32,000 nucleotides of DNA from Kineococcus radiotolerans SRS30216 = ATCC BAA-149 (lineage in GTDB: Bacteria; Actinomycetota; Actinomycetes; Actinomycetales; Kineococcaceae), in contig NC_009664.2 of the NCBI RefSeq assembly GCF_000017305.1, positions 3,690,001-3,722,000 on the forward strand, read 5' to 3'. The notes under the pieces were generated by a model, which saw only the letters and a list, made by a program, of their open reading frames with translations, searched no databases and was not told where the DNA came from. Of the stretch, positions 10,014 through 18,255 are shown in pieces. Position 1 is the first letter of the stretch. Each line of letters starts with the position of its first letter. A program made the position numbers and the translations under genes.

Positions 10014-11358
10014 GGCGCGAACCGCTGCGGCCGAAGACGTCGGACAGCACCGCGTCGGCGGCGCGGCGGCCGGAGACCAGCGCCCCCTGCTGCGAGGAGT
10101 TCTCCCGGTGGTCGCCGGCGACGAACACGCCGTCGCCGGCGTCGACCGGCTGCGGGCCCTCGAAGGGCGGCGCCACGACGGGGAGCGCGTGCGGGACCTC
10201 GTGGGCGGCCACCAGTTCCCACCCCGCGGTGCCCACCCCGTACACCCGTCCCAGCTGCTCGCGCACCCGGCGCTCGGCTTCGGCGCCGGTGTCGGTGCCG
10301 AGGGTCTGCGCGCTGACCAGGGCCCGGCGGTCGGTGCCGTCCACGACGTAGCCGGGGGCGACGGCGGAGACGACGGCGGAGTTCACGACGGGTCCCGAGC
10401 GGTCCCCGTCCAGGTGCAGCAGGCGCTCGCGGGACTCCGGGGCGGGGGAGGTCGGCGCGGCGAACCAGAACGTGGACAACCCGTGGCTGTCGGGGACCCG
10501 GAGCTCCGGCACCAGGTGGGCGGCGGTGTGCGCGTCGGTCGCCACGACGATCCGCTGGCAGTTCACGCCCCCGGCGACGGTCTCCACGACCAGCGAGCGC
10601 GGCGCGAAGCCGATGTGGCGCACCTTCGTGCCCAGGACCACCGACCCCGCGGGCAGCCCCGCCGCGAGCTGGTCGGGGACGGCCTGCACGCCGCGGGCGG
10701 GCAGCGCCGGGGTCGCCCGCAGGAAGCTGCGCACCAGCAGGTCGACGAAGCGGCGCGACGTGGTGCCGTCGACCTCGCCGAGCACCCCGGCCAGGAAGGG
10801 CTCCAGGACCGACCAGCGCAGCTCGCCGTGGACCTCCGCGGCGTCCAGCCCCTGCGACCAGCCGGAGTCCGGGCCCTTCAGCTCGCCCGCCGAGGTCACC
10901 TTGACGATCCAGCGCGCCAGCGCCGCCTTCTCCTTCACCGTGCCCAGCGGGAAGCGCAGCGCCTCCAGGACGGCGGTGGGGTGGCGGCGCGGGTCGCGCA
11001 CCACGCTCACCCGGCCACCGCGGTGCACGGCGACACCCGCGTCGAACGGCTGCAGGTCCAGCGCGTCGAGGTCGAGGACCTTGAGCACCTCCGGGTAGCC
11101 CGGGTTCAGCAGCTGGAACCCGCGGTCGACCCGGAAGCCCCCGACCGTCTCCGAGCGCACCCGCCCCCCGACGGCCTCGGCGGCCTCCACGACGAGCACG
11201 TCGAGCCCGGCGGCGCTCAGGTGCTTGGCGCAGGCCAGACCCGCCAACCCCGCCCCGACGACGACCACCTCGGCCGAGGAGCGCAACGACGAGGCGTACG
11301 GGGACTCCGTCCCGTGCGGGGCGGGCGAGGTGGCATCGGGTGTGGTGCTGACGGTCAC
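10003..11358 (-). CDS. NAD(P)/FAD-dependent oxidoreductase (flavin amine-oxidase/desaturase-like)
   Basis: ORF 10003..11448. Dinucleotide fold VVVVGAGLAGLACAKHL..VVEAAEAVGGR. I prefer the GTG at 11358 because GC3 drops upstream of it in a hand check. The start is uncertain (alternative 11448) and no clear SD is present. Confidence 0.78.
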   Translation of the reverse strand: MTVSTTPDATSPAPHGTESPYASSLRSSAEVVVVGAGLAGLACAKHLSAAGLDVLVVEAAEAVGGRVRSETVGGFRVDRGFQLLNPGYPEVLKVLDLDALDLQPFDAGVAVHRGGRVSVVRDPRRHPTAVLEALRFPLGTVKEKAALARWIVKVTSAGELKGPDSGWSQGLDAAEVHGELRWSVLEPFLAGVLGEVDGTTSRRFVDLLVRSFLRATPALPARGVQAVPDQLAAGLPAGSVVLGTKVRHIGFAPRSLVVETVAGGVNCQRIVVATDAHTAAHLVPELRVPDSHGLSTFWFAAPTSPAPESRERLLHLDGDRSGPVVNSAVVSAVAPGYVVDGTDRRALVSAQTLGTDTGAEAERRVREQLGRVYGVGTAGWELVAAHEVPHALPVVAPPFEGPQPVDAGDGVFVAGDHRENSSQQGALVSGRRAADAVLSDVFGRSGSRRAG

Positions 11359-11407
11359 CGGCAGAGCGTATCGACCCTGTGGACAACCAGCGAGGCAGTC
11401 CCCCGGC

Positions 11408-13114
11408 GTGCGCGACCCTGGGGAGGTGGACGCCCCCGAACCCCTCACGCAGCCCGCGCCGGTGCGCCAGTGGCGCCGGGAGGCGCTGGCCGCGCTCGGG
11501 GACGACCCGCGGCGCCGCCCGCCCGTCGTCGACGGCTACCGCACGGGCCGGCTGCTCGGGGCGGGCGGCTCCGGCGTGGTCTGGTCCGGGACGGGCCTGG
11601 ACGACGTCGAGCGCGCGCTGAAGGTGCTGCACACCGGCGGCCCGGGGGACCTGCTGGCGGAGCTGTCCATGCTGCGCCGGGTCCGCCACCCTCGGGTCGT
11701 CGCGGTCCACGACATCTCCACCGACGACGAGGGCCGCCCGGTCCTCGTCCTGGACCTCGCCCCGGGCGGCTCGCTGGCCGCCCTGCTCACCCAGCGCCGC
11801 CGGCTCTCGGCCGGGGAGGTCTCCGGTCTGCTCTCGGTGCTCGGCCCCGCCCTGGAGGACCTGCACTCCGCCGGCGTCGTCCACGGCGACATCGCCCCCG
11901 GCAACGTCCTGCTCGACGCGCACGGCGAGCCGCTGCTGGCCGACCTCGGGGTCTCCCGCGCCCTGGGGCGCCGGCACGGCAGCGTCCTGGGCACCCCCGG
12001 CTTCGCCGATCCCGCAGCGCTCGCGGGCGGGGGCGTCGGCGCCGCCTCCGACGTCTACGGCCTCGCCGCGCTGGGCTGGTGGGCGCTGACCGGTGAGGCG
12101 CCGGCCCGCGCCGGGGCCCTGGGGGCCCGGCTCGCCGTCCGCCGGGCCGCCGCCGACCTCCCGCCCGGCTCGGCGGCCGCGGTGCTCACCGCCCTGCAGG
12201 AGGGGTTGCAGCGCAACCCGTCCCGTCGCCCCACCCCGGGGGAGCTGGCCACCGCGGTCACCGCCGTCTCCCGCCCCCGCCCGGTGCGCGGGCTCGTGCC
12301 GGCCCCGCCGGTGGGGGCGCCGCGCCGGGCGCCGGACGGGGGGACCGCGGCGATTCCCCCGCCCCCGGGGGCCACGCGGGCGCTGCCCGTCCCCGCCCCG
12401 GCCCCGAGCAGCGCCCGGCCCGCTCCGGCCGCCGGCGGGGGCCGGTCCAGCGCGGCGCGGGGCCGCCGGCGGGCCGGGCGGGAGGCGACCGCGGCACGGC
12501 GGGCCGCCCCGGGCCGTCCCCACCGCCGCCCGCTCCTGGCCGTCGCCGCGGGGGTGGTGCTCGTCGCGGGGGCCGCCGTCCTGCTGCCGACGCTGCGCGA
12601 GGGGGACCCGGCCCCGCCCGCCGCTCCGCCGGGGCCCGCTGCGGCGGAGGGGGCGCCCGCCGCCGCCCCCGTGGCTGCTCCCGTCACCGCGCCCGTCGCG
12701 CCGGTGGAGGGGGATTTGGACGAGGGGGCCGAGGTCCTGCGGGGCGTGGACCCGGTGGCCGTGGTCACCGAGCTCGCCGCCCGCCGGGCGCGGGCCCTGT
12801 CCACGGGGGACCGGGCCCTCCTGGACCTGGTGGACGTGCCGGGGTCGCCCGCGGCCGCGGCCGACGCCGCGGTGCTGACGGAGCTGGCCGCGGCCGGGAC
12901 GGTGCTGGCCGGGCTCGGGTTCGAGGTCGTCGACGTGCGGCCCGGGGTCGCCGGGGCGGACCGCTGGGTCCTGGACGCCGACGTGGTGACCACCGCGCAC
13001 GCGGTGGTCGCCGGGGACGGGACGTCGTCCGCCGTCGCCGCCGGCGCCCCGCGCACGTCGCGGTTGACGCTGGAGCGGGTGGCGGGGGAGTGGCGGATCA
13101 GCGCGGTGGGCTGA
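11408..13114 (+). CDS. membrane-anchored eukaryotic-like protein kinase with uncharacterised extracytoplasmic C-terminal domain
   Basis: ORF 11225..13114. The 5' part overlaps the divergent gene and has low GC3, so the start is probably GTG 11408, 11426 or 11468. Kinase subdomains: GAGGSGVVW, ALKVLH, LLAELSMLRRV, VVHGDIAPGNVLL, ADLGVS, GTPGFADPA, DVYGLAALGWWALTG. An Ala/Pro/Arg-rich linker and TM PLLAVAAGVVLVAGAAVLLPTL are followed by about 170 aa ending RLTLERVAGEWRISAVG. Confidence 0.8.
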   Translation: MRDPGEVDAPEPLTQPAPVRQWRREALAALGDDPRRRPPVVDGYRTGRLLGAGGSGVVWSGTGLDDVERALKVLHTGGPGDLLAELSMLRRVRHPRVVAVHDISTDDEGRPVLVLDLAPGGSLAALLTQRRRLSAGEVSGLLSVLGPALEDLHSAGVVHGDIAPGNVLLDAHGEPLLADLGVSRALGRRHGSVLGTPGFADPAALAGGGVGAASDVYGLAALGWWALTGEAPARAGALGARLAVRRAAADLPPGSAAAVLTALQEGLQRNPSRRPTPGELATAVTAVSRPRPVRGLVPAPPVGAPRRAPDGGTAAIPPPPGATRALPVPAPAPSSARPAPAAGGGRSSAARGRRRAGREATAARRAAPGRPHRRPLLAVAAGVVLVAGAAVLLPTLREGDPAPPAAPPGPAAAEGAPAAAPVAAPVTAPVAPVEGDLDEGAEVLRGVDPVAVVTELAARRARALSTGDRALLDLVDVPGSPAAAADAAVLTELAAAGTVLAGLGFEVVDVRPGVAGADRWVLDADVVTTAHAVVAGDGTSSAVAAGAPRTSRLTLERVAGEWRISAVG

Positions 13115-13138
13115 CCCGCCGCCCCTCCCGCGCCCGGC

Positions 13139-14029
13139 TCAGGCGTTGGCCAGCCACGTCGTCACGGCGCCGACGTCGGGGTGGCGGAAGGTGAACCCCG
13201 CCTCGAGCAGGGCGGCGGGCACGACCCGCTGGCTGCCGGTGATGGAACCGGCGAACTCCCCGAGCGCGACCCGGAGCGCGGCGGCCGGGACGGGCAGCAG
13301 CGCGGGGCGGTGCAGGGCCGCCCCCAGGGCGCCCGTGACGGCGAGGTTGGTCGCGGGTTCGGGGCTGACGAGGTTCACCGGGCCGGGGACGGGACGGGTC
13401 AGCAGGAACTCCAGCGCGGCGAGCTCGTCGGGCATGGAGATGAGGCTCCACCACTGCCGGCCGGAGCCCAGCGGGCCGCCGAGGCCGAGGCGGAACAGGG
13501 TCAGCATCTGCCCGAAGGCCCCCCCGACGGGGTTCGCGAGCAGCCCGGTGCGGGCCAGGCTGACCCGGATCCCCGCCGCCGCAGCGGGTTCGGTGGCCTC
13601 CTCCCACACCTGCACGACGTGGGCGAGGAAGTCGTCGCCGCGGGGGGACCCCTCGGTGAGGACGGTGTCCCCGCCCTCGCCGTAGGCGCCGATGGCGGAG
13701 GCGTTCACGAGGACCTCGGGGGGTTCGTCCAGGGCGAGCAGCGCCCGCACGAGGGTCGAGGTCGTCTCGGTGCGCGAACGGACGATGAGGTCCTTGTAGG
13801 CGTCGGTCCAGCGGTGGTCCCCGACGCCGGCGCCGGAGAGGTTCACCGCCGCGTCGACGCGGCCCAGCCGCCCGGGGTCGAGGTCGCCGGCGGCCGGGTC
13901 CCAGCGCACCTCGGAGGGTTCGCGCTCGGCGCGCCGGACGAGCACGACGACCTCGTGCCCCCGGTTGCGCAGGTGGGCGACGAGGTGGCGGCCGATCAGG
14001 CCGCTGGCTCCGCTGACGACGATGCGCAC
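13139..14029 (-). CDS. TIGR01777-family NAD-dependent epimerase/SDR (SDR39U1, DUF1731 C-terminus; Rv2216-like)
   Basis: 296-aa ORF with GTG start and GAGGAA 5 nt upstream. MRIVVSGASGLIGRHL Rossmann motif and C-terminal LLEAGFTFRHPDV. Confidence 0.85.
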   Translation of the reverse strand: MRIVVSGASGLIGRHLVAHLRNRGHEVVVLVRRAEREPSEVRWDPAAGDLDPGRLGRVDAAVNLSGAGVGDHRWTDAYKDLIVRSRTETTSTLVRALLALDEPPEVLVNASAIGAYGEGGDTVLTEGSPRGDDFLAHVVQVWEEATEPAAAAGIRVSLARTGLLANPVGGAFGQMLTLFRLGLGGPLGSGRQWWSLISMPDELAALEFLLTRPVPGPVNLVSPEPATNLAVTGALGAALHRPALLPVPAAALRVALGEFAGSITGSQRVVPAALLEAGFTFRHPDVGAVTTWLANA

Positions 14030-14118
14030 GGTGGTTCCTCACAGGGGTCGGGAGACGGGACAACCCCGTCCCCGGCGGACCGGGAACGGGGTTGCGGGGT
14101 CGTGCGGGACCGGCTCGG

Positions 14119-15975
14119 TCAGAGACCGAGCTCGCCCTCGAACTCGCCGGCTTCGATGCGCTTCTTGACGGTCTGCAGGAAGCGGGCCGCGTCGGCGCCG
14201 TCGACGATCTGGTGGTCGTAGGACAGCGCCAGGTACATCATCGAGCGGATCGCGATGGTCTCCTGCCCGTCGACCTCGAGGACGACGGGACGCTTGACGA
14301 TCGCGCCGGTCCCGAGGATGGCGACCTGGGGCGCGTTGAGGATCGGGGTGTCGAACAGGGCCCCGATGCTGCCGGTGTTGGTGATGGTGAAGGTGCCCCC
14401 GGACAGGTCGTCGGGGGTGATCTTGCTGGCCCGGGTGCGGGCGGCCAGGTCGGCGATCTTGCGGGCCAGCCCGCCGAGGTTCAGGTCCCCGGCGTCCTTG
14501 ATGACCGGGGTGATGAGGCCCTTGGGGGTGTCCACGGCCATCGAGACGTTCTCGCTGCCGTGGTAGACGATGTTCTCGCCGTCGATGCTGGCGTTGAGCG
14601 AGGGGTGCTGCTTGAGCGCCTCGACCGCGGCCTTGACGAAGAACGGCAGGAAGGTCAGCTTCGCACCCTCGGTCGCGAGGAAGCCGTCCTTGGCCCGCGC
14701 CCGCAGGCGCGCGATCTTCGTGACGTCGACCTCGATGACGGTGGTCAGCTGCGCGGAGTTCTGCAGCGACTCCTTCATCCGCTGGGCGATGACCTTGCGC
14801 AGCCGCGACATCTTCTCCGTCGTGCCGCGCTTGGCCGAGACCTCCACGGCCGGAGCGGGCTTGGCGGCGGGCTTCTCGGCGGCCGCGGCCGGAGCCGGGG
14901 CGGCGGCCTCGGCGGCCTTCGCCTCAGCGGCCCTGGCGGCCTCCGCCGCCTTGTCCGCGGCCTCCTGCACGTCCTGCTTGCGCACCCGGCCGCCGACACC
15001 GGTGCCGGTGACGGTGGCGAGGTCCACGCCGAGGTCCTTGGCCAGCTTGCGCACCAGGGGGGTGACGTAGGTGCCGCCGCCGGTGACCTCGGCCGGGGCC
15101 GGGGTGCTCGCCGGAGCCTGCGGCGCGGGCGCAGCGGGGGCGGGAGCCGGCGCGACCGGCTGCGCGGGGGCGGAGGCGGGTTCCGCGCTGGGGGTCGAGG
15201 ACGGCTGGGTGGCGCTCTCGGCCTGGGCCCGGGCGGTCTCCCGCTCGGCCACCTCGTCGGCCAGCGACTCCTCCTGCGGCGCAGCGGGAGCCTCCTGGGC
15301 GGGGGCGGCCGGAGCCGGCGACGGGGCGGCGGAGGCGTCGCCGATGCGGGCCAGGTCCGCGCCGACGTCGGCGGTCTCGTCCTCGCCCACCAGGATCTCC
15401 AGCAGGGTGCCGGCGACGGGGGAGGGGATCTCGGTGTCGACCTTGTCGGTGGACACCTCCAGCAGCGGCTCGTCGACCTCGACGCTGTCGCCGACGGCCT
15501 TGAGCCAGCGGGTGACGGTGCCCTCGGTGACGGACTCCCCGAGCGCGGGCATCTTCACGGCCTCGCCCCCGCCGGGGGCGGGAGCCGCGGCGGCCGCGGG
15601 GGGCTCCTCGGGAGAGGGCTCCTGCGCCGCCTGCGGGGCGGCCTGCGTGTCCTCGGTGGACGGCGGGGCCGGGGCGTCCTGCGGCGCGGCCGGGGCCGGC
15701 TGCTCCTGCGGCGCGGGGGACCCGCCGCCCTGCTCGCTCGGGTCGCCGATGCGGGCCAGGTCGGCGCCGACGTCGGCGGTCTCGTCCTCGGGGACGAGGA
15801 TCTCCAGCAGGGTGCCGGCGACGGGGGAGGGGATCTCGGTGTCGACCTTGTCGGTGGACACCTCCAGGAGGGGTTCGTCCACCTCGACGGTGTCGCCGAC
15901 CGCCTTGAGCCACCGGGTGACGGTGCCCTCGGTCACGCTCTCGCCGAGAGCCGGCATCTGCACCGAGTTCGACAT
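14119..15975 (-). CDS. sucB: dihydrolipoamide acyl(succinyl)transferase E2 with two lipoyl domains
   Basis: ORF 14119..15993 trimmed to ATG 15975 (AGGAGA 9 nt upstream). Two lipoyl domains ([32 protein letters not shown]), PSBD ([33 protein letters not shown]) and catalytic [14 protein letters not shown]. Confidence 0.95.
   Translation of the reverse strand: MSNSVQMPALGESVTEGTVTRWLKAVGDTVEVDEPLLEVSTDKVDTEIPSPVAGTLLEILVPEDETADVGADLARIGDPSEQGGGSPAPQEQPAPAAPQDAPAPPSTEDTQAAPQAAQEPSPEEPPAAAAAPAPGGGEAVKMPALGESVTEGTVTRWLKAVGDSVEVDEPLLEVSTDKVDTEIPSPVAGTLLEILVGEDETADVGADLARIGDASAAPSPAPAAPAQEAPAAPQEESLADEVAERETARAQAESATQPSSTPSAEPASAPAQPVAPAPAPAAPAPQAPASTPAPAEVTGGGTYVTPLVRKLAKDLGVDLATVTGTGVGGRVRKQDVQEAADKAAEAARAAEAKAAEAAAPAPAAAAEKPAAKPAPAVEVSAKRGTTEKMSRLRKVIAQRMKESLQNSAQLTTVIEVDVTKIARLRARAKDGFLATEGAKLTFLPFFVKAAVEALKQHPSLNASIDGENIVYHGSENVSMAVDTPKGLITPVIKDAGDLNLGGLARKIADLAARTRASKITPDDLSGGTFTITNTGSIGALFDTPILNAPQVAILGTGAIVKRPVVLEVDGQETIAIRSMMYLALSYDHQIVDGADAARFLQTVKKRIEAGEFEGELGL
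15337..15959 (-). repeat. in-frame internal duplication (405-bp period) encoding the two lipoyl domains
   Basis: 15337-15554 and 15742-15959 align without gaps. The run 15392-15462 is identical to 15797-15867 (about 70 nt). Flanking parts differ mainly at synonymous positions. Confidence 0.85.
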
Positions 15976-16038
15976 CTCTACGGTTCTCCTCACGGACGTT
16001 CTCCGGCGCCCGGGGGACGCCGCGGGTTCAGGTGCGGG

Positions 16039-17418
16039 TCAGGCGTGCGAGTGCAGGGGCTTGCCGGCCAGGGCGAGGAAGGCCTCGCCGACCGCCTCGT
16101 TCTGCGTCGGGTGGGTGTGCACGAGGGAGGCGACGTCGTCGGGGTAGGCCTCCCAGTTCACGATGAGCTGGGCCTCGCCGACCTGCTCGCTCATGCGGGA
16201 ACCGACCATGTGCACGCCGACGACGGGGCCGTCCTTCTGCCGCACCAGCTTCACGAAGCCGGTGGTGCCGATGATCTGGCTCTTGCCGTTGCCGCCGAGG
16301 TTGTACTCGACGACGTCGACGTCGCCGTACTTCTCCCGCGCCTTGGCCTCGGTCAGCCCCACGGAGGCGACCTCGGGTTCGCAGTAGGTGACCTTGGGGA
16401 TGCCGAGCTCGTCGATCGGGGCCGGGGCGAGGCCGGCGATGTCCTCGGCCACGAAGATGCCCTGGGCGAACCCGCGGTGGGCCAGCTGCAGGCCGGGGAC
16501 GATGTCGCCGACGGCGTAGACGCCCTCGACGTTCGTCCGCAGCCGCTCGTCGGTGAGGACGAAGCCGCGGTCCATGGTGATGCCCTGGTCCTCGTAGCCC
16601 AGGCCGGCGGTGTTGGGGCCGCGGCCCACGGCCACGAGCATGAGGTCGGCCTCGAACGTCTTGCCGTCCTCGAGGGAGACCACGACGCCGGAGTCGGTCT
16701 GCTCCACGCCCTTGAACCGGACGCCGAGGGAGAACTTGATGCCCCGCTTGCGGAAGGCGCGCTCGAGGGCCTTGCTGGCGGCCTCGTCCTCGAGGGGGAC
16801 CAGGTGCGGGAGGGCCTCGACGATCGTGACGTCGGCGCCGAAGGAGCGCCACACGCTGGCGAACTCCACGCCGATGACGCCGCCGCCGAGGACGACGACC
16901 CGGTCGGGGACGGAGTCCAGGGCGAGGGCCTGCTCGCTGGTCATGATCCGGCCGCCGACCTCGAGGCCGGGGAGGCTGCGGGAGTAGGAACCGGAGGCCA
17001 GGACGACGGCCTTGCCGGTGTAGCGCTGACCGTCCACCTCGACGGTGTTCTTGGCCACGAGCTTGCCGGTGCCCGCGACGAGGTCGATCTTGCGGGACTT
17101 CACCAGGCCCTGCAGACCCTTGTACAGGCGGGCGATGACGCCGTCCTTGTACTTGTTGACCCCGGCCATGTCGATCGAGTCGAACGTGGCGCGGACCCCG
17201 AAGGTCTCGGACTCCTTGGCGCTGTCGGCGACCTCGGCGGCGTGCAGCAGGGCCTTGGTCGGGATGCACCCGCGGTGCAGGCAGGTCCCGCCCAGGAGGT
17301 CCTTCTCCACGAGGGCCACCTTCAGGCCCAGTTCGGCGGAACGCAGCGCGCAGGCGTAACCCCCGCTGCCTCCCCCGAGGATGACGACGTCGTACTGCTG
17401 CTCGGCGGCACCTGCCAC
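16039..17418 (-). CDS. lpdA: dihydrolipoyl dehydrogenase (E3)
   Basis: ORF 16039..17475 trimmed to GTG 17418 (AGGAG 6 nt upstream). DVVILGGGSGGY, redox disulfide GGTCLHRGCIPTK, C-terminal HTHPTQNEAVGEA. Confidence 0.95.
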   Translation of the reverse strand: MAGAAEQQYDVVILGGGSGGYACALRSAELGLKVALVEKDLLGGTCLHRGCIPTKALLHAAEVADSAKESETFGVRATFDSIDMAGVNKYKDGVIARLYKGLQGLVKSRKIDLVAGTGKLVAKNTVEVDGQRYTGKAVVLASGSYSRSLPGLEVGGRIMTSEQALALDSVPDRVVVLGGGVIGVEFASVWRSFGADVTIVEALPHLVPLEDEAASKALERAFRKRGIKFSLGVRFKGVEQTDSGVVVSLEDGKTFEADLMLVAVGRGPNTAGLGYEDQGITMDRGFVLTDERLRTNVEGVYAVGDIVPGLQLAHRGFAQGIFVAEDIAGLAPAPIDELGIPKVTYCEPEVASVGLTEAKAREKYGDVDVVEYNLGGNGKSQIIGTTGFVKLVRQKDGPVVGVHMVGSRMSEQVGEAQLIVNWEAYPDDVASLVHTHPTQNEAVGEAFLALAGKPLHSHA

Positions 17419-17555
17419 GAAATGCTCCTGAGGTCGGCTGTGCTGGCGACTGCTCCGTCGCGATCCTCTCACCACGACCTCGGCGGAGCGCGAGGGGGTC
17501 GTGACCCTCCGCCCGGGCGGGGGAGGGCTGCGGCCGGGGAGGATCCGGCCCGGAC

Positions 17556-17632
17556 GCGCGACAGCGCCCGTCCCGGGGGATCAGGCGCTGTCGTGCGGGA
17601 GTGCGGTCCTCCCGGAACCCCGCGGGGTCCGG
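17556..17632 (-). terminator. two GC-rich hairpins downstream of the small repeat-protein gene
   Basis: Hairpin 1: GCGCGACAGCGCC (17556-17568) pairs with GGCGCTGTCGTGC (17584-17596), 13 bp including one G-U. Hairpin 2: 17612-17632, CCGGAACCC / GGGTCCGG with one bulge. Both lie between the stop at 17640 and the lpdA start. No U-tract. Confidence 0.35.
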
Positions 17633-17639
17633 GGGGAGC

Positions 17640-18029
17640 TCAGCGCTCCTTCTCGGTGTTGAGGGACTCCTTGCGCGCGGTCACGGACTCCTTGCGCGCG
17701 GTCACGGACTCCTTGCGCGCGGTCACGGACTCCTTGCGCGCGGTCACGGACTCCTTGCGCGCGGTCACGGACTCCTTGCGCGCGGTCACGGACTCCTTGC
17801 GCGCGGTCACGGACTCCTTGCGCGCGCTGACCGATTCCTTGCGCTCGACGACGGACGTCGACTTCTGCCCCAGGACGACCTTCGTGGTCGTCAGGGTGGC
17901 CGAGGGGGCCGCCGAGGCGCTCACGGCCGTGGCGAGGCCGCCGCCGGCGAGCACGGCGGTGGCGGCGAGGCCGGCCGCGAACCGGGCGAGGTGACGGGAC
18001 GTGCGGGAGTGCGGGGCGCTGCTGGACAT
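17640..18029 (-). CDS. small predicted secreted protein composed of RKESVTA heptad repeats
   Basis: 129-aa ORF with ATG 18029 and GGAGG 4 nt upstream. Sec-type signal peptide MSSSAPHSRTSRHLARFAAGLAATAVLAGGGLATAVSASA/AP. The mature part is a short Thr/Ser-rich segment followed by nine RKES-containing heptads. Nearly every third codon position is G/C in this frame, which is not true of the plus-strand readings. Confidence 0.7.
   Translation of the reverse strand: MSSSAPHSRTSRHLARFAAGLAATAVLAGGGLATAVSASAAPSATLTTTKVVLGQKSTSVVERKESVSARKESVTARKESVTARKESVTARKESVTARKESVTARKESVTARKESVTARKESLNTEKER
17658..17846 (-). repeat. 21-bp tandem repeat, seven perfect copies flanked by one degenerate copy on each side
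   Basis: Unit GGTCACGGACTCCTTGCGCGC. Perfect copies start at 17679, 17700, 17721, 17742, 17763, 17784 and 17805. Degenerate copies lie at 17658-17678 and 17826-17846. The repeat is in frame (7 codons). Confidence 0.97.
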
Positions 18030-18205
18030 GGTGCCTCCGTGACGTGTCCCCCGGTGGGCACCGAGGGAGCCTGGGGATGGACAGAACCGGCCGGGATCGA
18101 TGACGCCCCCGAGCAGGTCGTCACGCTGAGCATATAGCTAGTCGCTCAGAGTGCACGACCGGAATCGAGAAGGATCACCGGGGACGTCCGTCGAGGACCC
18201 CACCG

Positions 18206-18231
18206 GCCCGCGCGCGGTGCTCCGCGCGGGC
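18206..18231 (-). terminator. stem-loop downstream of pepA
   Basis: GCCCGCGCG (18206-18214) pairs with CGCGCGGGC (18223-18231). Perfect 9-bp stem and 8-nt loop, 25 nt beyond the pepA stop. No U-tract. Confidence 0.35.
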
Positions 18232-18255
18232 TCGGTCGGGGACCTCGGTCAGGGC

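Noticed and set aside
9611-13000. 1129-aa minus-strand ORF and other long ORFs (3426..6143, 4936..6882, 5886..7559, 8457..10316, 24617..26341, 26067..27653, 28438..30504)
   Set aside because: All overlap genes with clear family signatures in another frame or strand, and all give Arg/Pro/Gly-rich products without recognisable domains.
17658-17846. Possibility that the 21-bp repeat array is a CRISPR array
   Set aside because: The repeats are directly abutting with no spacers, the unit is shorter than CRISPR repeats, there are no cas genes, and the array lies in frame inside an ORF.
14092-17994. 1300-aa plus-strand ORF
   Set aside because: It is antisense to sucB and lpdA, which have unmistakable motifs. 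Its product is Gly/Arg/Leu/Asp low-complexity. Its SLRAVTD repeat is just the 21-bp repeat read in the wrong strand and frame.
17640-18029. Coiled-coil, Tat-substrate or kinase-substrate interpretations of the heptad protein
   Set aside because: Heptad a/d positions are not hydrophobic (only V and A per unit, not spaced 3-4). The signal region has no twin-arginine motif (SRHLARF). R-K-E-S resembles a basophilic kinase site, but nothing in the sequence supports phosphorylation of an exported protein.
17601-18137. Plus-strand ORF reading the 21-bp repeat as GHGLLAR
   Set aside because: Only 4 of 7 third positions per repeat unit are G/C, against 7 of 7 in the minus frame. It has no SD or start context and no signal or domain logic, whereas the minus-strand frame has an SD, an ATG and a signal peptide.
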